Positions 11,690 to 22,930 of a stretch of 34,505 nt of DNA are shown piece after piece (position 1 is the stretch's first letter; every line of letters begins with the position of its first letter). The notes below the pieces were generated by a model. The model had not been told where the DNA came from. It was given only the letters and a program-made list of their open reading frames with translations, and made no database searches. Source of the DNA: Octopus sinensis (taxonomy: Eukaryota); the NCBI RefSeq assembly GCF_006345805.1, contig NW_021826204.1:1-34505 (forward strand), read 5' to 3'. Position numbers and translations under genes: made by a program.

Positions 11690-12229
11690 TACATCTCATT
11701 CATAATTATTCGATAGAAAATAAGCTAACACAATTAATTTCTAACCTAAGGAGTATTTTTTGATTAGTTCTTTTTAATAAAAGATATTTTTTCTTCAGCT
11801 TTATTATTAAATATGCAAAATAATAATTATGCACGGAAATGCTTTTTTTATTTCTTATATGATGAGAATAAAGATATTTTTTCTTAAACGAATCAATTGT
11901 TTCTGCGTAACAGTAAGGTTTCGATATATGAATTCGCGTTCATCTGTTCTAAATTCAAATTTTTTTATTAGGGAAAAATTTGAGCAATATTTTAATGTAT
12001 GTTTGCTACAGACTAAGCATTCTGCAGTATATTTTAATATATCTATGATATCTGATTGGTAAGATGCATTTTTTAATCTGCTTATGAAAATCGGTTTAAA
12101 TTCTATCTAAAATTTAGAACATTACGTTTGGCAACATGAGTTCCTGGTTTTCTATTAAAATGAAAAAAATTTTTTTAAACATAAGTCATTAATTATATCT
12201 AGCATGATAAAATTTTCACATTAGATACT

Positions 12230-13100
12230 GATTTTTCGCGATTCATCTCTAAACAAACATTTTCAAGAATCTATTAACAGACGTTATTATTTTGACTAGC
12301 ACATCTCTTTTGAAAGAAACTATTTTATGGTCGTCAATAAAGAAGAATTGATTCGTGAAGTATGTAAACATATTGGGCTCTTGGAGTTTGGAAAACATTG
12401 AGTTATGCATCCTGTATAAGAGATCCATCCTCTTTGGAATATTCCCCCGGCAAAACTTTACTTTGCCAATTCTTTCACATCGATATGTACGTTTTCTGTC
12501 CACCTTTTGATTATTTTCTTTACAAAGTTGACGATTCAATGAGGAATTTAAAATCAACTCAATACGTAAAACAAAAACTCATGATCAATTGAGTCAAATA
12601 TCCAAGCAGAATATAGACCATTTCCATAATTTTTATTTAAGTATTGGTTAATGAGGACTTGCTCTTTGGAGCCTTGACATTGCTTCCTCGTCCAAAGCTG
12701 ATTGTCTGACATTAAGGCAAATGTCTCGACAAAATCGGTCAGTTTAGCATTAGCACATTTGATGACACGTTTATGCAAAGTTGAATTTTAAGAAATCAAA
12801 TTATTATGCTCATTCCCATAATTAAATGAAATTCTTTTCTTAATATGTTCCTCATACATTTTAATTTTGGTTTCGAATATTTTCTATTAAAAACTGAAAT
12901 TTAAACACAAAATGACCAAATTATATCCAAATTTGTTGAGTTTTTGTTTTCGTTTTCTTTGGACTTTTTAAACGTTCAGGTTCTTTTTGTAATACTATTA
13001 AATCGGTTTTGGTATTGTGTAATTCTTCTGAAGAATTTGATATTCTATTTTATGTTTTTTCAATTCTTTTTTTAACTTAATTATTTTTTCCTAGTTTTAG
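12230..13100 (-). mobile_element. R4-like reverse transcriptase relic
   Basis: QCQGSKEQVLINQYLN..LYSAWI..FDSIDHEFL and NQFFFIDD (RT catalytic segment) in minus ORFs 12554-12778 and 12249-12557. Confidence 0.7.
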
Positions 13101-13270
13101 ATCACTGAATTCTACTTTATAAATTGCTATAGTTTCTTGATTTTTTGGTAATTTTAACTTTTGTCGCTGAAAAATATATTTTTGATTGAGCTGACTGTAA
13201 AGATTAACTCACTCTGGGGAGATTGTTATCGAAGTGAGCATCCTCAATCATAGAATCTAAATACTAAACA

Positions 13271-13351
13271 GACGATGTGGCCGAGTGGTTAAGGCGGCAG
13301 ACTGCTAATCTGTTGGGTTATCCCGCGTGGGTTCGAATCCCACCGTCGTCG
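13271..13351 (+). tRNA. tRNA-Ser-GCT: tRNA-Ser (anticodon GCT)
   Basis: GACGATG/CGTCGTC acceptor stem, TGGCCGAGTGG A-box, GCAGA-CTGCTAA-TCTGT anticodon arm, long variable arm, GGTTCGAATCC B-box and a downstream T-run. Confidence 0.97.
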
Positions 13352-13424
13352 TTATTATTTTATCTTATTAATATTTATTTAAGGTTACAAAATGCAAATA
13401 AATAAGGTTATAAAATGAAGAAGA

Positions 13425-13560
13425 ATTAAACATGTGTACAGAAGCCTGGTTTTTTTTGCGGAGTATGGAAATCGAAATTCTTTGCCAGAGTCTTTATGAT
13501 TCTCGAGGCTCACTTCTGTAGGATCGATTTTTCTCCCTATATCGCGGATGAAAACTGTCG
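13425..13560 (-). mobile_element. CRE-clade retrotransposon 3'-end fragment
   Basis: FIRDIGRKI..EPRES*RLWQRISISILR..NQASV matches the CRE C-terminal QRISIAI-x-RGNA motif. Confidence 0.65.
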
Positions 13561-13994
13561 CGAGGATTTATAATCAACTGGTTAGTTAGTTTATCCAATT
13601 AAGTCGTATCCGACCCTTAGAGATCTCTTAAGCCTATTTTCTCTACACTTCTCCGTCAATTCCGTGACGTATTATGCCGATTATACCTATCGAGTCCTCT
13701 GTCTACCGGAATTTTTCTTTGCAGTAATGATTATTTCCAATAAATCAGAGCAGGAGACATTTTCAAAGAAAACCAATGGTCCAAGCTGCGAACTTGTGTG
13801 ATTATTTGTGACGCAGATTTGGGATTTGATGTTTTGCAGTTTGTAACGAATTAATCGTAGGAGAATTTGCTCACAAGATTTTTTGACAGTTATGATCAAT
13901 TAAATCAAATGCACCATTTTTATCGGAACTTTTTCCTAGTGAAGCCAATAAGGAGAATAGTCAAAAGCCTAAGGATCAGCTCAAAAACATCTGG

Positions 13995-14225
13995 CTGCGT
14001 ATTGAATGGAAGTTTCCGCAATAACACAGCGACCGAGATTCGGTGAAAAAGCCACTTCCCTTCGGTCATTTTTTCAATGAGATTCTCCTACCAATGTCTG
14101 TGAGGAGTTGAGTCGCATCCTTGCCGACGATTCCTGACGTTACAAAGGCAGGGGGCAAACTCGAAAGCGTCCGGAATACAGGGGTATTTTGTTTTCTTTG
14201 AATCTTCGGTCTGAGTATTGGCGAA
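13995..14225 (-). mobile_element. CRE-clade retrotransposon 3'-end fragment
   Basis: EDSKKTKYPCIPDAFEF..TSGIVGKDATQLLTDIGRRIS..KWLFHRISVAV..GNFHSI, with frameshifts. Confidence 0.7.
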
Positions 14226-14239
14226 GCTCATGTACCTTA

Positions 14240-16090
14240 AGGTTTTGAAAAGTCAAAATAAAATTAGTACTTAATTAGTGTATCTGCTTTCAGTAGATTT
14301 TCCTTTTCTTCGAGCTCGAACCAACGTCTTCGACAAACACATTTATCCTTTTTACAGGGCAGACCACATCTGTAGTTGTTCTCGAGTCCGTTTCTATGGT
14401 CACACTCGGGAAGCTTCCTCCCTAGTTGCCTTTGTAAACCTCGTCATTTGACGATTTTCGGGTAGCTACATTCCATGCTTATATTCTGTACTCATGTTCT
14501 GCAATATTTTTCGGATAACCACAGACTGAATTTAAGCTTGTGTGGGTCCTTCGAGACCAACTGAGTCACAGTGATGTTTTTAGAATTTACTCACACCACC
14601 GTCCCACGTTAGTACCAGTGGTACTATAGTTACCTTTGTCTCGTGAATTACTCCCAGTTCACTGGAAAGCAAATTTTACTTATGGAGCTTTTCCACCTTA
14701 ACTTGCTTTAAGTTTTTTTTGGGAGGTGATCCCAATCTCAATAATCGTGCTTGTTGTCCTCATTTTGTCGAGTACGAAATTGTCCGGCTTGTTATTCTTG
14801 ACTCTCAGATCCGTACTTATTGTCGTGTAAAAACAGAGTTATTTGCAACTATTGGCTAAACAAAATGAGTTTTTAATCCCCAGGATTTTTTAATTCCATA
14901 CTACGTGAATAAATACAGATGTATATACTTCATTACTTCGTTTTGTCTTCTTAGGTAGTCACTATTTAGCATTCAACTACATGTCGTCGCTAAGTGATCA
15001 ATTGTCTTTGTGGCTGAGTTACAGTGACTGCACAATGCTCCCGCATTGTCGAAAAATAGGTTACGGTCCTGTATTAGACATAGAAGCTTCTCGGTTTTCG
15101 AGAAGTTATTTCCACGAGATAACTAATGAGGGGATTTACCAATATCGACGTTGGGATCATTTAAACACTCAAAGAGAATTGCATGGAATGGTGTTTTCCT
15201 TATTTTTTCAATCAAGCAGTTCTTCTGCATTTCTCTCAGAATGTTCAAATTAAGGTCCCCAGTTTCGTGGATGTTGTATTTGCGCTTGAGGTATTTCACG
15301 ATTTGGTCAATGTGTTTTCTTTGCATGAATGACCCGCAGAATCTTATCTTTCCTTAGGCAGTAACAACACTTTTTCTCAAGATCACGGAGGAATTGGAGA
15401 AGTATTCGTTCACTTTTGTAGACAGTGGATACGAGTCCTCTTCCGAATTGACTTCTTGGGAGGTTAAGCCTTTCTTTGTTTGCAGGTTTCAAGTGAATTT
15501 GGTGTTGTACAAAGCTATTGCGCACATTTTTGTCAATCTGTTCAAGTTCAGTTGACTCAATATTGACGAGCCTAATGTAGCAGTTGTAGAGAGATAATGC
15601 GTGCTCATTAATGCCTTCACATAAGTTGCAAGAGTTTAATTTTGTCTTCGAAAGATTGTCGATCCTTTTTTTAATTTTTCAAAGAGTGTGTTCAGTACTT
15701 CCCTTTCAATTCTTCAATCTTCTAGGATTCCAAGGTGTCTGTAACCATCTAGCCCATCAAGGAATTTAGCTTCCGACCGAAAGTCAGTCAGGATAATTCC
15801 GGACTTTTCGACATTTTTTTCAGTCCGGCGGCTCCAAAGAAATTATTTACTTCGTACATCATACTCATCATTTTATTTTCTTTTCATGAAAATATTTTTA
15901 GGTCATCCATAAAAAGTAGGTGGTTTGTTTTGTATGTAATAAAACCGTGGTCTTAATTATCCATCATAACTTTTGGGTAATTTTCGTTCAGAATTCCACT
16001 GAAGGGGTCCATTACAAGTGCAAAGATTTGAGGTGACAAAAAATCACCCGGAAGTATTTCCCTTTCCATTTTTACCTCTCCGATTACGTA
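14240..16090 (-). mobile_element. 5'-truncated R4/Dong-like RLE retrotransposon (pseudogene)
   Basis: REILPGDFLSPQIFALVMDP, NHLLFMDDLK, ERLNLPRSQFGRGL, QDRNLFF..CSHC..TIDHLATTC, RRQNEV, NKPDNFVLDK..IIEIGITS and VLTWDG appear in collinear order, with stops and frameshifts. Confidence 0.88.
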
Positions 16091-16164
16091 CTAGTTCAGG
16101 GTTAAAGAAAAAATGTAAAAAATCATTTGAAAAAAAGTCCATCTATAAATTAGAATCAGATTAA

Positions 16165-19100
16165 TTTTTTTTTTTTTTTAACAGAATCTTATTAAAATCA
16201 AAGCGAAAAATGATCATCAAAATCTTAAGCTGCTGATGATCGAGACCGTTGCCCCTCAGGATCGCAATGGATATTCTTGGAACAACCATTGCTTCTCCCG
16301 AGGCTCTCTCCGTCTTCTCGAGATCAGATCCCGATCTTCACGACGAGTTCAAACGATTTTTGGCTCATGGCCCCGGAGGTTTCTACAGATATTGGGGAGA
16401 AGATAAAGTTGTCCAGCAGGTTGGAATATTTCTGAGCTTTATGTATCTCAGCCTTCTCAGCGGCTGAGCCTGGACTGATCGCGGAGTCAACTATATTGGT
16501 CTTTGAGAAGGTGTCTGTGCACGTGGAGTCCCACGCGAGGCATTTCCCATTACTCCACGGGAAATGGTGACTCCATCTGGGCGTTTACCGTCTCCACGGT
16601 CAAGCCCAACGGGTTCCAGTTCTGTCGGGAATCCAGCTGCTTGTAAACGCAGCCGAAATAGTCTCGTTGATAGCAGAGTGTCTGGGAGCACGGCCAGCAC
16701 TCCTTCTGCATGACAGGAGATGTAGTCCTTTGGTATCGACTTTACTCCCACATCGGCATCGGCCCCCGAACAGACATTAAGTCCCAAGCGCATTGCTACG
16801 CCAATCCTCACACAGTCATTATCGAGAAGGGTTCCAGATTGGGAGCAAGGGAGGGCATTAAGCCACGCCCCACTTTCAGGTCTGGCAGCGGCACCGAAAC
16901 AAGCGAGGCGATGCTGATCCAGTGTAGGTCTGATTGCTTCCATTTTAGCTTTGCTGGAGATATCATCCCAATCCCATTGGCGTGAAATGTTAGATGGAAT
17001 GGCCAATCCAGATCCCTTCCAGAATTCGCAAGCTCCAGAGAAAACCCGGTCCTCTTCCAATCCGCGAGAGTTACGTAGGATTTGGGTGATGAGGGCTTGG
17101 GAGCTCGCACGTGAGGAGAGGAATGCAGGAAGAGCCATGTCCAGAGGTGAACGGAGTCCAACTCCGCCAAGGCGTAGAGGTAATTTGCAGCAAGTCCAAC
17201 CAGCGTCATCAAAGGATATGTTTAGGATTTTTTCAGCGGCCAACTTCAGAGAAGTATCGAGCGATTGAAGCATGTCGGATTGTATTGAGCAGTTTGAAGT
17301 TCGCAGCAAATATAGAAGCCTTGGCAACATGAGGTTTGCTCTGAGCACGAAAAAATCCGTAGTGAGAATCAAGCAACATGAGCTTATTTGTGAAATCAGT
17401 GACCCATTTGGCTTTCTCAGATAGCGACTTCTTAAGTTGGATTTGGCCCATGGGCGCGCCGAGGAATAGAACATCATCAATGGGTGTGGTTTTCAGCCCC
17501 GGCAGGCGAAGTTGCAGCTTGTTTAGTGCGGAACCGAATTCTTCGTGCGAGCAAGAGATATTTATAAGCTCGCACTTGCTGACGTTTACTTCCAGTCCAA
17601 TTTCACGGAGGGTGGGAATTATGTTGAAAATATCCTGAATCACAGTATCAGAGGGGCCCCCGATGGTTGCATCATCGAGGTACCACAGGTTGAAAAAAGA
17701 ATCGACTTTCCGTACGGCAGAGTCAATGCCGAGGGCGAACAGCAGTGGACCGATAGGGTCGCCCTGCTGAACTCCTGTGCACGATTTAATAATTTCATCT
17801 CCAAAAAAAGAGAGCTGTCTGACCCATATGCCAAGTGAACCAAGCCGATAATATCAGGAGCCCTTTCTAAGCAGGTTTCGAGAATCACATCTCTCCTCAG
17901 GCTGTTGAATGCATTCTTAATGTCCAGTTTTATAGCTAGAACTCCGGGACCATTTGAGTTCCCTTTTTGTGAGAAGAATTCTCTGGTTGCATGCACTGCA
18001 GCTTCGCAGCCATTTGGGATTCCCACACCCAGCTGAAGTGGCGAAAGTTCGCAGCTGAGTCTCTGTGATGCCCTTCGTGAAGCAACTTTAGCAGCAAGTC
18101 TTCTAAAAACGTTGCCAATAGCAATTGGGCGTATCCCACCGTCTTTTTTGCCGAAAGCAAGAAGATGGGCAGAAAAAAGGAGCTCCCTAGCGATCACGGG
18201 AATGTCCCCTTCGATAATGCGCTGGACCAGAGCTGTAAGCGAGCCGGCCAGAGACCGGCCAGCCTCGTGCGCTGAGGCCGAAACCAAATCCTTCAGGTGG
18301 CTTGGACGCAGGCCATCGATCCCGCCACTGCTGCCCCCATTGAAAGAGGAAATGCATGCGAGTATCTCCTCCGTAAGTGTTTTCGCATCCAGTGTGGGAT
18401 TTATAAAATGGAACGGCCGCACATTCGTCGGGGCCGACGGGTGCTTGCATTTGAGTAGATCCAAGATCTCAGGTGTCGTCGGCAAAATTTTGCCGTCGTT
18501 GGAAATAACACGAAGTGCTCCCCGCAGGTCCCCCACCATGAATTTACGAGAAACTTCTCCTCTGATCCACTCCTCTCATCTCCCAAGCGTGGCCGATTAA
18601 TTCGTGCCGCCCAGGCTGATCAATTAGTTCCTCAATAGGGCGTTCAGGGAGGGATTTTAGATGCGTTTTAATTTCAGAAGCCAAAGACTTGCGGTTTTTC
18701 TGAAGAGTGCACAGAAGTTCCAAGTCCAAGAGGTGCAAAACAGAAAAAGCGGATCCATGATTCTGTTCACGTGACTGGAGTGCCCTTTCAACAAGACTGT
18801 TGAGGCACGAGGCAGCAGAAACTCTGGCTGACTTGGGGATCTTTAAAGGGATCCTTCTGGATTTTCGAATAGAAGAGAGCAGCAGAATAATTGAATCTCC
18901 GTCTGTGATTGAAAATACATCAGAGCGTCTTGCTCGGGGTTCAGAAAAGGTGAACATGCGTAAGCAAGGTGGGCAAAGCCAATTACGAAGGCCCTTGACA
19001 GCCTTTTTCCTTAGCTTCGCGCAGCCAATATGATGGTAGACCCCACAAGAGGAGCAGAATAGACCCAGCTTCCGAGAGTTCTTTCGGGAGCAGGTAGCAC

Positions 19101-19200
19101 ATGCGCTGGTAGAGTGAGTGAGTTGACACGGGTCTTCGTTTCTAGCTTCTTCGTTTCTAGCTTCTTCGTTCTTCATTTGGCTTTTACCACAACAACAACG
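16165..19200 (-). mobile_element. Near-full-length CRE-clade non-LTR retrotransposon: PHD finger - RT - CCHC - restriction-like endonuclease, A15 tail
   Basis: The ORF runs from ATG 19176 to about 16217 across several frameshifts: PHD (18964-19101), IPKSARVSAA, GIRPIAIGNVFRRL, KLDIKNAFNS, QQGDPIGPLLF, WYLDD (~17671-17685), LPLRLGGVGL, GAWLNALP, KRPDG..WDSTC..KAQKY..VETSG..QRISIAILRGN. The T15 run at 16165-16179 is the poly(A) tail. No clear TSD was found. Confidence 0.93.
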
Positions 19201-19316
19201 TGTGCCTGTGATTATATAAAATTATTCATGATTATATAAACAACACATATAATGAAAATTATGCAATATGAAACTTTTTTAAAAAATAAGCCAATTAAAA
19301 AATAATATTGTAAAAT

Positions 19317-19340
19317 CTCCCCGACCGGGAATCGAACCCG
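19317..19340 (-). pseudogene. 3' third of a tRNA gene (Asp-like: T-arm + acceptor strand)
   Basis: Minus strand CGGGTTCGATTCCCGGTCGGGGAG is followed by ATTTT (Pol III terminator) with no CCA. The 5' part is missing, replaced by the LINE at 19342. Confidence 0.7.
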
Positions 19341-19341
19341 C

Positions 19342-20290
19342 GAATACAGAAGCATCTGCGAATACTAAAATCAATATCTTGTATAACTGGATTACTCTAA
19401 ACGGGCTATTCCTATCACCAACTAAATCATCAACCATTCTTTTAACAAGTAATACACGAGAACACAATTTCACTCCGACAATAAATTAACAATATTTAAA
19501 TTCCTCACACCAAAACAGTCAAAATACTCGGGATGACGTACGATACCTCCTTATCATTTCGCCAACATATTGAAAACCTGACTCACAAATGGAAAATGAA
19601 TGCCTACCGCTCATTCACCGGAACAGACTTTGGACAAACCAAAGAATGCCTAATACTCCTATACAAACAATACATTCTTCCAAAATTGGACTATGCAAGT
19701 CCATCATGGGCGCCTCTGCTGTCAGAAACACACCTGCAGAAACTACAATCAATCCAATAAAAGCACTCAAAATCATTACGGGTTGTATGAAGTCTACTCC
19801 GACCGACAATATGTATCTTGAAACCAACATGATCAAACTTGCAGGCTATTTCAACATCCATTGAACCCAATTCTTCGCCTCAGAGAGTTTGATCAAAAAA
19901 TATCCAAGTCACAATCTCTCGGCAACATCAACCACTGATAAGAACATCAAAAACACACAAGCACTCCACTACTGCCGTATCCTAAACTCATTCTCTAACA
20001 AAAAACCTTCGGAAATAAAATAACTAATAACAAATCTTCATTGAACGCACTAATCGCAAACAATATCCTCAACAATCCTCAAAAAAATAAACCCAGTTGA
20101 AAGGATCTCAGCCGCAAAGATCGGGTAGAAATTGCAAGATTTTGCTGTGGACATCATCCTTTACTCCTTGACTATCAAACCAAACTGGATAAGGACGTCG
20201 ATCCGTTCTGTCAAATTTGCCATGACGGACAATACACAGTAACGTACGTCGTCCAGGAATGCAAAAATCTCACTGTTATAAGAAGATCAT
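19342..20290 (+). mobile_element. 5'-truncated Ingi/Vingi-like (I group) LINE relic
   Basis: ILGMTYDTSLSF..GTDFGQTKECLILLYKQYILPKLDYASPSWAP..LQSIQ/NKALKIITGC, and a C-terminal CGHHPLL..DPFCQIC..TVTYVVQEC cysteine motif. Frameshifted. Confidence 0.75.
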
Positions 20291-20480
20291 ATAAGATCTG
20301 TCAGGCGCATAAATGCCGCTGTGGGGAAACTTTAACTAGTACGGTTTGCACCCTCTCGCTTGCCTCTGATGCTGGTCGTGCCCCTCAATCATTCAGAGAG
20401 CCCTCGTTACCGCGGGTATCTCGTCAATCCTCGAGCCTGTTGGGCTTGATAGAGATGACGGCAGACGCCCAAACAGCATG
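20290..20480 (+). mobile_element. CRE-clade internal fragment (zinc knuckle to RLE start)
   Basis: ICQAHKCRCGETL..GLHPLAC..LEPVGLDRDDGRRP, homologous to LEPVGLDRGDGKRPDG of the 16165-19200 element. Confidence 0.75.
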
Positions 20481-21126
20481 TACGTTGAAAGACTATTCGT
20501 TGACTGTCAAAAATTAATGGAAGGACTGGGTTAAATCCGCTCTTTCCCAAGTGTTGGAAGAGGTTCTGGAAAGTGTTGAAAATGCCATCTCTATTTCTAC
20601 TCTGCACAGAAAACCTATGAAAAAATCACAAATAAATCTATGCTAAAGAGTAGGTGGAAAACATTGCCGCGAAGGTGGCCGGAAGAAACGCCGAGTTGGA
20701 AGCGCTGACTGGGCAAATTTATAATGTGATCAATATGGTCAAGGGAAAGACTTCCCTCTTGCTGAGTACTTAACTTTGTCGAGCACGAGCTGTCAAATGT
20801 GACTTTAATGGGTTGAGGCGTGTCCAGGCAGAGGGAGGCGCTGATTCTTGTTTTTCAGAAAAGCTTTCAACTCACAAATCTCGGTGTCAGCGCAGGAGAG
20901 AAAACGATCTGTTTGAATTTAAATGAAGACCGTACTATCGGCGGCTGCACGGCGAGACCAAGAAAGGTACCAACCATAAGACAAAATGCATGACAAATGG
21001 AGGAGTATGTGAAAGAAAGTCCACCCAAGGGTGTGTCGTTTTTGTTTTGGGGACCTTTGCACCTACAGTGGGCTCCAAAAATCGTGGCACCACTTAATAA
21101 ATTTTAATATTCTACAAGTTTATCTA

Positions 21127-22613
21127 CAGTACCGTGCAAATGTTCCGGACCACCCAATTTTTTTCAATTCTATATATATTTGGCAGTTACGGCTTGACTC
21201 TCTTAGACAAATTTAATATTAAATAAATACAAAACTTTTTTGGTTTTTCTTTTTTCATAAAATTTTAAAAATTGAATTTTTAGCAGTCAGTAAATTTCGA
21301 CCCGTGCATATGTTCCGGACCACTCATTATTTTTTTTAATTATTATTAAATACACCTTCATCTGATATTTTAATGCTCAATATATATAAATTCGTTAAAT
21401 GCCTCGTGTTAGTTTCGGTAACCGTGCCTCAATTATCACTCTGTATAAACTTGGAATGTCTCAAAGAAAAATATCATTATGTGTTGGAATTTCCAAGTCT
21501 ACAGTTCAGAGAACTATTAAAAGATATTTACATGTTCCATAATTCAGGATAAACCTAAATCTGGAAGACCCAAGAAGTTATCTAAAAGAAATGAACGAAA
21601 TATTGTTTATCGATCAAAAATAAATCCTTCTAAAACAGCCAATCAAATTAGATCTGATCTCAATTTGTCATTATCCGTTTCTGTAGATACGATTAAACGA
21701 TGTTTAAGGTCCAATAATCTTCATGGTAGAATAATGGTAAAAAAACCGAAACTTAAAATAAGAAATTTGAAGTCAAGATTAATGTAATTTTTTGAAGTCA
21801 AGATTAATGTAATTTTTTCAGATAAATGTCGAATTATGTTATTTCCAAATGTTAGAAGATATGTTAGAAGACCAGAAAAATGTAGAAATGAGAAAAAATA
21901 TTCATAAGAAACTGTAAAGTTTTCTCCGAATATCTTGGTATGGGGTGCTATCACTGCAACTGGAAAAAGAGCATTGGTTTTGAGTAGGAAAAATGTTAAT
22001 TCCAATGAATACCAAAGAATTCTCGAAGAAGGATTAGAAAATATAAATTTTCAAAATATGATGTTCCAGCAAGATGGGGCCCCATGCCACAAATCGAGAT
22101 CCACCATTCAATATCTGATCAGAAGAAAGTTAAATTACTTGAAAAAGGCCAAGTCAGTCACCGGATTTAACTATTGAAAACCTCTGGTGTATACTTAAAC
22201 AAAGAATACGTGAAAAAGAACCAGAAGATCTGGAGAATTACAAAAAAAGAATTTTATAAAATGGAAGATGCTCATATAGAAAATCTCTATAAATCACTTC
22301 CGACTAGGATGATCGATGTTGTAAAGAATAAAGGAGGTGAAGTTAATTATTAATTATTTTTTAAATAAGATATTTTCATTGAATAAAGTGGTTTTTTTTG
22401 ATGCTGTTAATCACTGGTCCGGAACATATGCACGGGTCAAAATTTACTGACTGCTAAAAATTCAATATTGTAAAATTTTATGGAAAAAGAAAAAGTACAA
22501 AAGTTATTTATTCATTTAATATTAAAATTTGTCTAAGAAAGTCAAGCCGTAGCTGCCAAATATATATAGAATTTAAAAATAATTGGGTGGTCCGGAACAT
22601 TTGCACGGTACTG
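21127..22613 (+). mobile_element. Tc1-like DNA transposon with ~200-bp IR/DR terminal inverted repeats and TA target duplication
   Basis: TA|CAGTACCGTGCAAATGTTCCGGACCACCCAATT ... AATTGGGTGGTCCGGAACATTTGCACGGTACTG|TA. TIRs are 21127-21322 and 22415-22613, each with an inner repeat CCGTGCA(A/T)ATGTTCCGGACCA. Confidence 0.96.
21399..22353 (+). pseudogene. Tc1 DD34E-type transposase pseudogene
   Basis: MPRVSF..HTH..SGRPKK..VIFSD..MVWGAI..FQQDGAPCH..SPDL..IENLW..KGGEVNY*. It carries frameshifts and a 25-bp tandem duplication (21766-21815) replacing part of the coding region. Confidence 0.9.
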
Positions 22614-22679
22614 TATAAAATATCAAGTATTTTTACCTATAATCATTACTTTACAAAATTAGAAAGTTTCAGGATATAG

Positions 22680-22930
22680 AAAATAATTTTGTTCGATGAA
22701 GCAGCAACCCGTCTCTCTGAAGGAAGACAATTGGGGATGATAAGGTGTATAATTTCTTTATAAAAATTGTAAAGCAGTTTAAACTTAACTCTAGCTCCAT
22801 TCTAGAGTGAATATGTACTGGGGTCACTTATTTGATTCTTAGAGTAGATAACCCTCTCGCTTTAACAGATTATTGTCCAATAACCTCTATGCCAAACCTG
22901 TACAAGTTGATGACTAAGGTGGCCAGTCAA
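22680..22930 (+). mobile_element. R4-like RT N-terminal fragment
   Basis: VYNFFIK..TYLILRVDNPLALTDYCPITSMPNLYKLMTKVA resembles RT motifs 0-1 (TYLIPK..DYRPITC..NLYKL). Confidence 0.6.

Noticed and set aside
16249-18600. Plus-strand ORFs of 60-160 aa within the CRE element
   Set aside because: These are antisense shadows of GC-rich coding sequence with no recognisable domains.
19209-19240. 12-bp direct repeat TGATTATATAAA as the CRE target-site duplication
   Set aside because: Both copies are on the same side of the element, and the sequence next to the poly(A) tail does not match.
19311-19340. tRNA-complementary stretch as an LTR primer-binding site
   Set aside because: It lacks TGG (CCA complement), has no adjacent LTR, and is followed by a Pol III T-run.
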